Shown piece by piece: positions 27,765 to 39,000 of a stretch of DNA of 43,480 bases; the first letter of the stretch is position 1, and each line of letters begins with the position of its first letter. The notes below the pieces were generated by a model, which saw only the letters and a program-made list of their open reading frames with translations, was not told the origin of the DNA and made no database searches. Source of the DNA: Promethearchaeota archaeon (GTDB lineage: Archaea; Asgardarchaeota; Lokiarchaeia; Sigyniarchaeales; SOKP01); contig JAGXNO010000033.1 of the NCBI GenBank assembly GCA_019894975.1, forward strand, positions 1-43,480, in the 5' to 3' direction. A program made the position numbers and the translations under genes.

Positions 27765-29285
27765 ATGACGATCAAAAAATTTGGTTTTGATAGCGAGAAA
27801 TACTTAAAGGAGCAATCTAAGAGCATACTGAATCGAGCAGCTCAATTTGGGAATAAACTATACCTTGAGTTTGGTGGAAAGCTAATTTATGATTATCATG
27901 CTTCCAGAGTACTTCCGGGATTCGACCCAAACGTTAAGATGAAACTTTTAAAACGTCTTGAAGATAAAATTGAGGTTATAATTTGTATATGTTCGGGAGA
28001 TATCGAAAGAAGGAAGATACGGGCGGATTTTGGGATCACTTATGATACTGATGTAATGAAGCTGATCGACGATCTTCGTGAAGGGGGAATTAAAGTATGT
28101 GCTGTGGTGGTGACTCGTTATAATGGGCAACAGATAGTAAGGCAATTTATGAATAAACTTGAGCAACGAAATATAAAAGTATATACGCATCATTCTATTA
28201 AGGGTTATCCCACAAAAATTGATCTAATCGTCAGTGAAGAAGGATACGGCTCAAATCAGTATATAGAAACCTCAAAACCGATAATTATTGTTTCTGCTCC
28301 CGGTCCAGGCAGTGGGAAAATGGCAACTTGCCTTTCTCAATTGTATCATGAACATGTAAGGGGAATAAAAGCAGGGTATGCTAAATTTGAAACATTTCCT
28401 ATATGGAATTTGCCCTTAAAACATCCAGTAAATATGGCATATGAATCTGCAACAGCAGATATCGGGGATTATAATCAAGTAGATCCATTCCATCTTGAAA
28501 GTTATAATATAACAGCAGTCAATTATAATAGAGATGTGGAAATCTTTCCAGTAGTAAAAAAAATTATGTTAAGAATCATGGATGATAAAGTAGTATACAA
28601 ATCCCCGACAGATATGGGTGTAAATATGGCGGGTTATGCCATTTTTGATGATGATCTTATTCAAGAAGCAGCAAAACAAGAAATAATCCGAAGATTCTTT
28701 CGATATAGTGTTGAGTATGCCATGGGTGTTGCAGATAAGAACACTGTGCAAAGAGCAGAGTTACTCATGAAAGAGCTTAATCTCACTCCTATGGATCGGA
28801 AAGTAGTAATACATGCCCGTAAAGCTTCTGCAGACGCTCAAGAAAAAGGTAAGGGAAACGAAGGAGTATTTGCCGGAGCAGCATTACAATTGAAGAGTGG
28901 AAAAATTATCATAGGCAAAAACTCCCCACTTATGCATGCCGCATCTAGTTTAATCTTAAATGCTATTAAAGAATTAGCAGGAATCCCGGATAATATACAT
29001 CTACTATCTCCTAATATCCTAAGCTCTATAAGTAAATTAAAATCAGATGTATTCAACCATAAACGACTAAGCCTTAACCTCGAAGAAACCCTTATTGCGT
29101 TAAGTATCAGTGCGGATTTCAACCCTTCTGCTAATGTTGCTATGGAAAAACTTAAAGAGCTTAATGGCTGTGAAATGCATTCTACTCATATACCAACTCC
29201 CGGAGATGAAGCTGGTTTAAGAAGATTAGGGCTTAATATTACGTCCGATCCCGATTTTTCATCAAAAAGGTTATTTGTATCCTAA
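27765..29285 (+). CDS. DUF1846 (UPF0371) family P-loop protein
   Basis: KLYLEFGGKL..DYHASRVLPGF, APGPGSGKMATCLSQLYH, GYAKFETFPIWN, YKSPTDMGVN. Confidence 0.9.
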   Translation: MTIKKFGFDSEKYLKEQSKSILNRAAQFGNKLYLEFGGKLIYDYHASRVLPGFDPNVKMKLLKRLEDKIEVIICICSGDIERRKIRADFGITYDTDVMKLIDDLREGGIKVCAVVVTRYNGQQIVRQFMNKLEQRNIKVYTHHSIKGYPTKIDLIVSEEGYGSNQYIETSKPIIIVSAPGPGSGKMATCLSQLYHEHVRGIKAGYAKFETFPIWNLPLKHPVNMAYESATADIGDYNQVDPFHLESYNITAVNYNRDVEIFPVVKKIMLRIMDDKVVYKSPTDMGVNMAGYAIFDDDLIQEAAKQEIIRRFFRYSVEYAMGVADKNTVQRAELLMKELNLTPMDRKVVIHARKASADAQEKGKGNEGVFAGAALQLKSGKIIIGKNSPLMHAASSLILNAIKELAGIPDNIHLLSPNILSSISKLKSDVFNHKRLSLNLEETLIALSISADFNPSANVAMEKLKELNGCEMHSTHIPTPGDEAGLRRLGLNITSDPDFSSKRLFVS

Positions 29286-29485
29286 CTTATTTTCAGTTTT
29301 AAGCACTATCGATAAAGGCTTATTACAGTTTTTCATTGAAATTTTTGATTATTTATTGCGATCTAATTTTTAAAGTAGCATTATAGAGATTGAAGTAGTG
29401 AATTAGAAATTCTTTTAATAATTGGGTTATTTCTATAATTTTATTGTAAAAGATTTCAAAAAATAATGCTAAAAATGTCGAAATT

Positions 29486-31171
29486 ATGAATGCTAATAGC
29501 AAATTCGTGTTCGTGACAGGAGGAGTAATGTCAGGAATAGGAAAAGGTGTAGTAACGGCAAGTATTGGTAAAGTACTTCAGTTTCGTGGCTTCAAAGTAT
29601 CAGTAGTTAAAATTGACCCATACTTAAATGTGGATCCAGGAACTTTAAATCCAATAGAGCATGGAGAATGCTTTATTACAGAAAATATATGGGAATTCAA
29701 ACCTGTTTATGAATCTGATGAACGAACATATCGAATCTCTGAAATTGATCAAGATTTTGGCACTTATTCTCGAATTTTGGGTATTGAGATGCATCCTTCT
29801 CATAATATTACATCAGGGCAAATATACCTTTCCACAATTCTTAGTGAAAGAAAGGGAAGATTTTTGGGAAAAACAGTCCAGATAATTCCACATGTTACTG
29901 ACATAATTAAAGATCGATTAATGGGAATAGCTGAAAAGGAAGATTTAGACATATTACTAATTGAATGTGGTGGAACTGTTGGAGATTTAGAATCAAGCAT
30001 CTTTTTAGAAGCATTTAGGCAAATCAAGTTAGAATCTCCTAAGCGAACGGCTTTTGTTCATGTAACCTTAGTCCCCTATTCTAGAGCAGTAGGTCAACAG
30101 AAGTCCAAACCCACTCAACATTCTGTTAAGATGCTGCAAAGTATTGGATTACAACCTGATATTATAATTGGAAGAAGTGAGAAGCCTTTGGATATGGATA
30201 TCAAACGCAAAATATCACTCTATTCAAATGTACCTGAAATTGCCGTAATTTCGAATCCTGACTTAGAAGTGGTTTATGAGTTACCCCTACTTTTTGAAGA
30301 GCAAGGATTAGGAGACCAAATTTGTGAGCTCATTGACCTTAAGGCCAAATTAGTATCTTATAGTGAAGTTACTAATTATTCAGAATGGGTAAAAATGGTA
30401 GATATGTTTAAAAATCCTAAAGATAAGATAAAAATTGCAATGCCAGGTAAATATTTTAATATCTCAGATTCCTATATTTCTATTAACGTTGCTTTAGAAG
30501 ACGCTGCTGCTCATCATGGATATAAAACCGAACTAAAAATGATTAATATAACAGAAGATACCGATATCCAAAAAGAATTAGATGATTGTGATGGAGTATT
30601 ACTCACACCTGGATTTGGAGAACGAGCAGTAGAGGGTATGATCAAATCTGCGGAATTAGCGATGGAAAAAAAAATACCCTTTCTCGGAATATGTTTTGGA
30701 GCCCAACTGTTTTTTATAGCATTTTGTAGAAAATACTTAGGTTTAAAAGAAGCTCACTCAACAGAGATCGCCCCTGATACACCCTATCCTGTGATTGATC
30801 TTTTAGATGCTCAGAAGAATGTTACTGAGAAAGGAGGTTCAATGCGTTTAGGAGCTCAAAAAATATTAGTAGAAAAGAATACAAAATTATTTGAAGCATA
30901 CAAGAAAACCGAAATTTTTGAAAGATTTCGACATCGATTCCATATTCAAGAACAATATATCACTAATGAAGCTAAAAACAAAGGTATGGTAATCTCTAGT
31001 AGGGATGAGAATGGAAGAATTGTAAATAGTATTGAACTCGATAGAGAGGATCATTGGATGGTTGGTGTACAATTTCATCCTGAATTTAAATCAAGACCAT
31101 ATAATCCTTCTCCAATGTATTTTGATTTCATAAAAGAGTGTATTAAATATAAAAAATCGAGGAAAAATTAA
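29486..31171 (+). CDS. pyrG: CTP synthase
   Basis: FVTGGVMSGIGKG, KIDPYLNVDPGT, GGTVGDLES, KSKPTQHSV, GICFG, QFHPEFKSRP. Confidence 0.97.
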   Translation: MNANSKFVFVTGGVMSGIGKGVVTASIGKVLQFRGFKVSVVKIDPYLNVDPGTLNPIEHGECFITENIWEFKPVYESDERTYRISEIDQDFGTYSRILGIEMHPSHNITSGQIYLSTILSERKGRFLGKTVQIIPHVTDIIKDRLMGIAEKEDLDILLIECGGTVGDLESSIFLEAFRQIKLESPKRTAFVHVTLVPYSRAVGQQKSKPTQHSVKMLQSIGLQPDIIIGRSEKPLDMDIKRKISLYSNVPEIAVISNPDLEVVYELPLLFEEQGLGDQICELIDLKAKLVSYSEVTNYSEWVKMVDMFKNPKDKIKIAMPGKYFNISDSYISINVALEDAAAHHGYKTELKMINITEDTDIQKELDDCDGVLLTPGFGERAVEGMIKSAELAMEKKIPFLGICFGAQLFFIAFCRKYLGLKEAHSTEIAPDTPYPVIDLLDAQKNVTEKGGSMRLGAQKILVEKNTKLFEAYKKTEIFERFRHRFHIQEQYITNEAKNKGMVISSRDENGRIVNSIELDREDHWMVGVQFHPEFKSRPYNPSPMYFDFIKECIKYKKSRKN

Positions 31172-31174
31172 GAT

Positions 31175-34027
31175 TTAAAAAATTGTAACTCCTGACATTT
31201 CTCTTAAAACTTTTATATGGTTAGTGAACTCATCATTTGAGCAGAGGTTTAGAAGTTCCTTTTTCGAGATTTCGGCAGCATCATTTTTTTCTCTAAATTC
31301 GAAAGGTGAGAGAATACCAGAAGAACTTTTCTCCTTTAATTTATCAACTACTTTATCAATTTCTTTACTAAACTCATTTAAATTTTCTAAATTTTCAGAT
31401 AATGCTGCTGGGAGACTTGAATGTATCTTTTTCAAAGAATTAGAATAAGTTAGGAGTATTTTAGAAAACTCGAGCCGTGATTCTAAAGTCTCGATAATAC
31501 TTTTTGATTCCTCTAATAATTCAAACATAATTTCATAAAACTTAATTTCATTTCTATCTCTGTTTAGGAATTTCGTTATATTCATGATTTTTTGGGATGC
31601 ATCAAATTCCTTAAAGTTTTCATATTCAGCAATCTTATTTTCTGCATCTCTTATATCGAGTTGAAGCTGATCTAACTTCTGGTGACTTAGATATTTATCT
31701 AGCTTCATTATTTTTTTTTGGTATTCTTGTTCATCTAAAATTGTTCTAGTGGTTTCAAATACTTCTTTTAAAGGATTATATAAATATTTTAGAAGTAAGA
31801 TGTAGATTGAATGCTCTGTATTAGCAACCTTATTCTCAAAGAATTCAAGAGTGTCAACATTTTCACTCATATCGACTAGTAATTTAAAAAATTTTCTTAT
31901 GGCTAACATATTTTGTTGAGCATCAAACACAATTTGATACATCTCTTCAAAATATTTCTTATAAAATCTGTTAGCTAAATCAAGCTTCTGAAGAAAACTG
32001 TTTACTAGAGGTATTAATTCCCCTGTAAAACCGGATTTCTTATATTCAGATCCTATATCTTTTAAGCGCTCTTCTTCGCGATATGATATTAGCTTAATAA
32101 TTAATTCTGGAAAATCTTTAGTAACGATATCATATGTTTTTATAAAATAGCCTTTTTTACTTAAAACAGGAACAATGGTATTAATAGTCATTGTTCGCTG
32201 CTGGATTGCCTTCAGATCTTCTTCAAGAATTCTGTTTATATGTTCATCTATATTTTGTTTCTTTTCCAAATTCGCAATTTTACGGTCTTTCAATAGTTGG
32301 TTAAGTCTTATTCCCCTGATTTGTGCATTTCTACCACCAAACATTTCAATGAATATTGTTCCAAGAATCCTGAATGCTAAAGCTGCTGTTAGTTGTTTAT
32401 CTTTTTCCTTATCCTCCAAAATCTGATTTGTTAGCATCGTTAGTAAATAAAACATAAAGGTTTTTTCTTTTTCCCTTGGAAGCCCTGCTATTTTTTCTCT
32501 ATGTTGTTCCAAAATTTGGTCTTCAGGAAATTTCTGTTGCCATAAAAGATCTAATACACGATCACCTTCCGAATTAGGAAGAATTTCTAGAAATCGGGGG
32601 ATTATTTCGGCGATGGCACTTGCCCAATTTGAGTGCTCCACTGCTAATGAAATTTCGTCATGGAAGTCCTTCAATAATTCATGGATTAATCCACCTTGGT
32701 CGAAAACTTTAGGTCCATCATATCTACCAAGGGTATGGACAAGAATCTCATCAAAATTAGGATCTGAAGATAAGGGCATACGAATTTTTAACTTTTCATA
32801 AAAAGCCTTAAACAGATCAAAAAGACTTCGGATGTTATGATTGGATCGATTTATAATAAATTGATTAATTTCTTCATTATTGAGATCACTTAATTCATGT
32901 AATGAATTGGCAAACATGATTGCAGCGTTAAAAACCAATTCAATTTTCTCTGGTTCGTTATAGGAAGCCGTTTCTGAGAATTTAAATAAAAACTTCGCTA
33001 AATCTGAGCCAAGGTATTCTCTATGTTGTTCAGGGATTTGCTCTATTCCTTCCAATAATTCTTCCATTAACATCTGAATCATGTCTTCTCCAATTATCAA
33101 AGCATATTTCTTTTCCGATCGCTTCAAAAAAGCCTCTACATCAGTAAATTGAATACGTTTTTCTTCTTCTCCTAACAAATGGATTAATACATCTTCAATG
33201 CTGTCACTAGAATACATTGAATTTCCTTCCTTAGCTGCGTTTATAAAAGCTTTGAATAAATCAAGTAGAGTGTATAATGTATTCTTACTTCTTTTTACTA
33301 TTTCCTGGTTTATCTGATCTTTAGTTTTTCCATCCATATTACCTAAAGATTGAGTGAATAATATAACATGGTTTAACATGTCGCTCAAAGCTTCATTTGA
33401 TAAATGCTCAATGTTTTGGGAGATTTTAAATAAATATTTTGGTATTTCAGAGCCAATATAATCTTTGATTTTTTCATCCGTGCTTGATATAGATGTAATT
33501 ATTTGATTGGAATAATAAAGTGATTTTTCCTCCCCAAGTTTATCTGTAATATTTTTTTCAGCCCGTCTTATGAATAATTCAATGTCACTAAATCTGCTAA
33601 TTTCAACCTTGTCACCAAATGTATATGTAAGTATATCATCAAAACTGCTTTCAGTGTTGAAGGATTCTCCCTTCTTAGCTTTGTCAACAACTAGATTTAG
33701 TAAATCAGAGAGATTTCTTATCTCGTTATCGCTTCTCTTAGTTAAAAGCTGATTTACCTGATTCCTGTCTTTGTTCACTAAATCTTTTAAGGACTCTGCA
33801 AATATTAGAACATGGTTAAGGACGGCTTCAGTAATTCCGGGAGACACATATTCAATATCTTGTGAGTAATTAAACAAAAATTTTGGGATTTCTGAACCAA
33901 TTACTCTTCTAAATTTTGCCGGAATTTGATTAGTTGCTTTCTTTATATCTTCTAATAGAGTGAGTGCTTTAGTCTCACCTAATTTTTCCTTAAACGGTCT
34001 TTCAGCTCTTTTTAAAAAAACTTCCAT
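31175..34027 (-). CDS. Large alpha-helical hypothetical protein with three N-terminal 148-aa repeats and a coiled-coil C-terminus
   Basis: 950-aa ORF; repeats start at aa 1, 149 and 297. Confidence 0.8.
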   Translation of the reverse strand: MEVFLKRAERPFKEKLGETKALTLLEDIKKATNQIPAKFRRVIGSEIPKFLFNYSQDIEYVSPGITEAVLNHVLIFAESLKDLVNKDRNQVNQLLTKRSDNEIRNLSDLLNLVVDKAKKGESFNTESSFDDILTYTFGDKVEISRFSDIELFIRRAEKNITDKLGEEKSLYYSNQIITSISSTDEKIKDYIGSEIPKYLFKISQNIEHLSNEALSDMLNHVILFTQSLGNMDGKTKDQINQEIVKRSKNTLYTLLDLFKAFINAAKEGNSMYSSDSIEDVLIHLLGEEEKRIQFTDVEAFLKRSEKKYALIIGEDMIQMLMEELLEGIEQIPEQHREYLGSDLAKFLFKFSETASYNEPEKIELVFNAAIMFANSLHELSDLNNEEINQFIINRSNHNIRSLFDLFKAFYEKLKIRMPLSSDPNFDEILVHTLGRYDGPKVFDQGGLIHELLKDFHDEISLAVEHSNWASAIAEIIPRFLEILPNSEGDRVLDLLWQQKFPEDQILEQHREKIAGLPREKEKTFMFYLLTMLTNQILEDKEKDKQLTAALAFRILGTIFIEMFGGRNAQIRGIRLNQLLKDRKIANLEKKQNIDEHINRILEEDLKAIQQRTMTINTIVPVLSKKGYFIKTYDIVTKDFPELIIKLISYREEERLKDIGSEYKKSGFTGELIPLVNSFLQKLDLANRFYKKYFEEMYQIVFDAQQNMLAIRKFFKLLVDMSENVDTLEFFENKVANTEHSIYILLLKYLYNPLKEVFETTRTILDEQEYQKKIMKLDKYLSHQKLDQLQLDIRDAENKIAEYENFKEFDASQKIMNITKFLNRDRNEIKFYEIMFELLEESKSIIETLESRLEFSKILLTYSNSLKKIHSSLPAALSENLENLNEFSKEIDKVVDKLKEKSSSGILSPFEFREKNDAAEISKKELLNLCSNDEFTNHIKVLREMSGVTIF

Positions 34028-34265
34028 AATAAACCAAACTCAAGTTCTAGAAATTAATTTTATATCATTTCATATAGAAATTCAATTCTTATACCTAATC
34101 AATTAAATAATTAAACCTAGGTGATAAATTTAAATTTATGTTTTAATGAATATTTCCTCATTAAATCGGGCAACTTTAAACTTCTATTTTTTCCAAGGAT
34201 TCTAATTAAAATTAAGGCTTAAATTTAAAATAGAAATAAATGTTGAAAAATTAAGAAAATAATAC

Positions 34266-36032
34266 CTAATTATCCAATGCCTCAGTTTCCGATCGTTCCA
34301 TTGAAAGTTTGTTTTGCATTGAAACGGGGGGATTCACGCACCAAATATAATGACCCTCTTCGATTTTAATTGGGTGGGGCGCTTCACTCATACACTCTTT
34401 CGTCCTAGCATCCGAAATACACCGGGGATTAAAAGTACATCCTGGAGGAGGTGCGATTGGACTTGGAACTTCGCCTTTGATAACATATTTGATTTCCTTA
34501 TCGCTGGGATCAAGCTCAGTTCTTGATGCTAATAATGCGATAGTATAAGGGTGACTAGGATTTGAAAAGATTTGATCAGTCTCCCCAACTTCAACAAATT
34601 TACCGAGATACATGACCGCTACTCTATCAGCAATGTGATTAACTACAGCTAAGTTGTGTGTTATAAATAAAAATCCGTATCCATAGTTTTTCTGCAAATT
34701 TTTTAATAAATTAAGAATTTGAGCTTGGACTGAAACATCTAGAGCAGATGTAGGCTCATCTAGTATTACTAATTCTGGATTACTTGCAAGGGCTCTCGCA
34801 ATAATAATTCTTTGTTTTTGACCTCCCGAAAACTCATGTGGAAAGCGATCCATATGCTCTCGTTCTAATGAGACTTCATGTAACAGCTTCAAGACCCGTG
34901 TTCTAATCTCATCTTTTTTTGTTATTCCCAATAAATTCCTCAGCGGTTCTGCTATGATATCTACAATTTTCATTCGAGGATTTAAAGATGAATCAGGATC
35001 CTGAAATACTATTTGAATTTTTCTCCTTAGAAATTTTGCATATTCACGGGGAATCGGTTCACCATTAAAAATAATCTCACCTGCTTCAACTGGAACTAAT
35101 CCTAAAATAGCTTTAGCGACGGTCGTTTTTCCACAACCACTTTCTCCTACTAAACCTACAGTTTCCCCGGTGTGTATATCGAAAGTGACGCCATTGACAG
35201 CTTTAACAGAGCCAAACTGTCTTTTTAACATACCTCCAATTAAAGGATAATAGACTTTTAAATCTCTTAGTTCTAATAGCTTTTTATCCTTCTCAAGAAC
35301 AACGAGACCTCTGTATTGCTCGAACTGTAAGGTTGATTGCGTTAATACCTTTGTGACACTACTAACTATTAGCGTAATTATAAGAGCCCAGATTAGACTA
35401 GCAAAGAATCCTCTAACGAACATTTCCTTTTCTAATTGAAATTCATTACTCAAGAAAAAAATTCCGGGTATTAGTGTAAGGATGATCATAGTATTTTTAT
35501 TAATTAAAAACTGAGCCTTAGTTCCCCAATTAATGAAAAAACCATTTATACCGATTATAACTATTAATATCAAAAATAGACCTAATCCTGATGCATATAC
35601 CTCATCATTTTCATCGGTAACCATGAGTCTTACTATATCCATAACGTTATCCAGTAAAAATCCCACAGCATATAGTATAAGCATAAAACTTATAACAAAC
35701 ACAATAGCTTCATTAAATATCTTATTATTTGATTTCGATACTACCTTTGTAGCTACCCCTATCCCAATTATAATAATTAATAGATCAGACATTAGAGACC
35801 ATAAGAATCCTGATCCAATAAAGAAGAGAACTGCAAATTTAAAAATGATATTCAATAAAAACCAAATAAAATTTACAGTAAATGCAAAGGAATCATTCCA
35901 ATCTTTCCTTTTAGCAAAATTTTTTAAAAGCGACATCCCATAGAGAAATACTAAAACTGAAATGAGATATTCAATAGCTAAATCAGATATAAAAAATCCC
36001 GGGGTTATATTTGATGGTATTTGCATTTGCAT
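34266..36032 (-). CDS. oppF: Oligopeptide ABC transporter ATPase (OppF/DppF-like) fused to an N-terminal ~7-TM domain
   Basis: GESGCGKT, FQDP, FSGGQKQR, ILDEPTSALD, THN, HPYT, GCTFNPRC; the first ~250 aa are hydrophobic. Confidence 0.9.
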   Translation of the reverse strand: MQMQIPSNITPGFFISDLAIEYLISVLVFLYGMSLLKNFAKRKDWNDSFAFTVNFIWFLLNIIFKFAVLFFIGSGFLWSLMSDLLIIIIGIGVATKVVSKSNNKIFNEAIVFVISFMLILYAVGFLLDNVMDIVRLMVTDENDEVYASGLGLFLILIVIIGINGFFINWGTKAQFLINKNTMIILTLIPGIFFLSNEFQLEKEMFVRGFFASLIWALIITLIVSSVTKVLTQSTLQFEQYRGLVVLEKDKKLLELRDLKVYYPLIGGMLKRQFGSVKAVNGVTFDIHTGETVGLVGESGCGKTTVAKAILGLVPVEAGEIIFNGEPIPREYAKFLRRKIQIVFQDPDSSLNPRMKIVDIIAEPLRNLLGITKKDEIRTRVLKLLHEVSLEREHMDRFPHEFSGGQKQRIIIARALASNPELVILDEPTSALDVSVQAQILNLLKNLQKNYGYGFLFITHNLAVVNHIADRVAVMYLGKFVEVGETDQIFSNPSHPYTIALLASRTELDPSDKEIKYVIKGEVPSPIAPPPGCTFNPRCISDARTKECMSEAPHPIKIEEGHYIWCVNPPVSMQNKLSMERSETEALDN

Positions 36033-36077
36033 AATAAATCCTTTCTTTCTATTTTTTTTAATTTTATTCTTTTTTAG

Positions 36078-39000
36078 TTAACTTTCTGCTTTTCTTATTG
36101 AGGTCTCAGCGAGATCCTTATGTTCAGGATCGAATAGGTGGCAAGCAACAAGATAATTCGGCTCAACCTCTATGCTTTTAGGAATCTTTGAATCACAAGG
36201 TTCAAAACAATATTGACAACGGGGATGAAACCTACATCCTGAAGGTGGATAAATCAAATTTGGTACCATTCCAGGTATCACCTCAAGAACTTCTCTTTTT
36301 TTCCCGACAACTGGTACAGAAGCTATAAGGCCTCTGGTATAAGGGTGATAAGGCGTTCTAAATAATTTATTAATATCACCATATTCAACTATGAACCCAC
36401 TGTACATAACAGCTACGCGATCACACATTTTCGAAATAATACCTAAATCATGAGTTATAAAAAGTATCGAAGTGTTGTATTTTTTCTTTAGATCTTTCAT
36501 TAATTGTAATATCTGGTTTTGAATTGTGACGTCAAGAGCGGTAGTGGGCTCATCAGCAATAAGGAGTTTTGGGCTACAAGCAAGACCCATTGCGATTTGA
36601 ACGCGTTGTCGCATTCCACCACTTAATTCATGGGGATATCGATCAAAAATTATTCGTGGGGTAGGGATATTTAAATCTTTAAGAAGTTTTCGACTCCATT
36701 TTCTTGCAATATCATAAATACTTGTATTCCTTTTAACTGCTTCGATTAGCAATTCATCTTCCATATGAAGACGATAAACTTCGGCTATTTGATCCCCAAT
36801 TTTGTACACAGGATTTAACGAGTTAAGGGGATCTTGAAAAATCATAGTAATTCTATTTCCTCGATATTTTAAAAATTCTTGTTCCGTTTTTTGATGCAGA
36901 TCTTCTCCTTCAAAAAATACTTTCCCACTTTTAATTTTACCTGGTGGACGAACCAATCGAAGGATAGATAGTGCAGTCACAGATTTCCCACATCCTGTTT
37001 CTCCAACAAGACCAAGCGTTTCTCCTTCATAAATTTTGAATGAAACCCCTTCTACTGCTTTTACAACTCCTTCTTCAGTATAAAAGTAAGTTGTGAGGTT
37101 TTGAACATCTAAGATCGCTCTTTCTTTTTCTTCAAAAGTTTCATATCGGTCCTCATAGGGTTTCAAAGCTGCTCGAAATCTATCACCCGCTTTTTCAGAT
37201 GTGTCTGGATCAAGTCTTATCCTTAAGGAACCAAGAATTGAAATCATATATATACCTACAGCTAAGAGCAGTGGAATCCGAAGATCTGTTAAGCTATAAT
37301 GATAAGATACTATAAGAGACTGGAATAATCCTAGTACAAGATTTAAAAATATGGCTGCTAGATAAAGAACAATATAAGATAATATTAAAAATTTAAATGA
37401 TTCTCCCAGTTTACGTTTATAAATCTTTAAAACTAAGAAAACACCAATGATGATATTGATAACAGCAATGATAAATTCATTTATTAGAATTGGCATTAAT
37501 AGTTCGTATTCTGTTGGCCAAACATCGTCTGCCCAAAAAGTTGACAGACTTTCCGAAAAATAAATCCCCATATTTGCTATGAAAATAAATAAGATAATCC
37601 TAACGGGGATATTCACAATTAACCAAATTAGATTAACCTTGGCTGCTTTCTTTTTTATATAGGGAGCACTTTTCATAGCGGCATCCCACATTTTTATTGA
37701 TGTGGCATACCACCATAGAACCCTAGAGCCCACTGTGAAAAGAGCTAGTGAAAGGACGGTAATATACGTTATGTTCAAAATAATAATATTATCGATTAAG
37801 ATAAATACATAAAGATAAATGACAAAAATTGGAATTAACCAAATCAAGAATGTTATCAATCCCCCAAAAATGGCAGATTGTTGGAGTAATATTTTTGATG
37901 TCTGCCTATCAGAAGGATTAATCTTGTTTACTAGATAAGTAATGCTTATATCCCCCAGCACCATAAAAAAAGCACTCCACAAACTTAGATAAAACACTTC
38001 TAATAAAGGAATGTTAAACGTTAAAACTATCAACATTATTATATACTGGCCATAAAACACACTAACCAACAAGATTGCTATTATTGGAATACTAATAAAT
38101 AATATTTTTAATTCCCGATTGTCGAAAGGATTAATCTTGTTTAATAGTAAAATAAGAGCTGTAACTCCAATAATCATTAAAAGTGAATATAGACCACTGA
38201 GAAATATTACATTCATTAAAACAGTGTTAAGCATTTTAAGTATCGAGATTAAAATAATTGGACAAACTATTATTAATCCTGCAATAATTTTATTGGAATC
38301 AGTATTGAATTTACTATTTGATATTGTGTTATCATCTAATGATTGAGTATTATAAAATTTTCTTTGAACATATACATAAGCTTTAAGAGAAATTCCCTGC
38401 GGATAACGAATTACTTTTTCTTTACCAGAATCAGACTGATCCTCTAATAGAATTTCGGTTTCATTTGTATGATTGGTTCCATTAAGCTTCATTATCTCAG
38501 AATCTAGCAAATCTTCTACCCTCTTAGTGCTTTTTTCACTAGCTTCAGGGAGTAATTTACCTTTCAATAAATTGAAAAAGAAAGTAATATATAATCCTGA
38601 AACAACAATAGTTAAAACTCGGATGTCTTGCATAATAATCTCGAATCCAAATCCCTTATGAAGGTATACTTCAAATATTACTAACTGGATAAACCAAATT
38701 CCAAATGCAATGATCGCACCCCCGTACGTTGCACTTTTAAGAACTGATTTCTCTATCCGTTTCTCATTTGGTAAAGTTCTATTAATTATTGAAGTAACTA
38801 AAATGCATATGAGAAGCACACTAAAACTCCATAATATACCCAAGCTGAATTTATCAGGATAATGTGGAAATGCAGGATCTCGTAATGGAATTTGAAGTAT
38901 GCTAACAGAAAGCATAATACCGGTAAGGATCCATGATGCTATAATAAAAGCAAGAAGTATTTTATTAAACTTATAACTTAGGGATTTTTCTTCCTCTGAA

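Noticed and set aside
34124-34139. 16-bp perfect palindrome ATAAATTTAAATTTAT
   Set aside because: Pure A/T in very AT-rich intergenic DNA; explicable by chance or as a TATA element.
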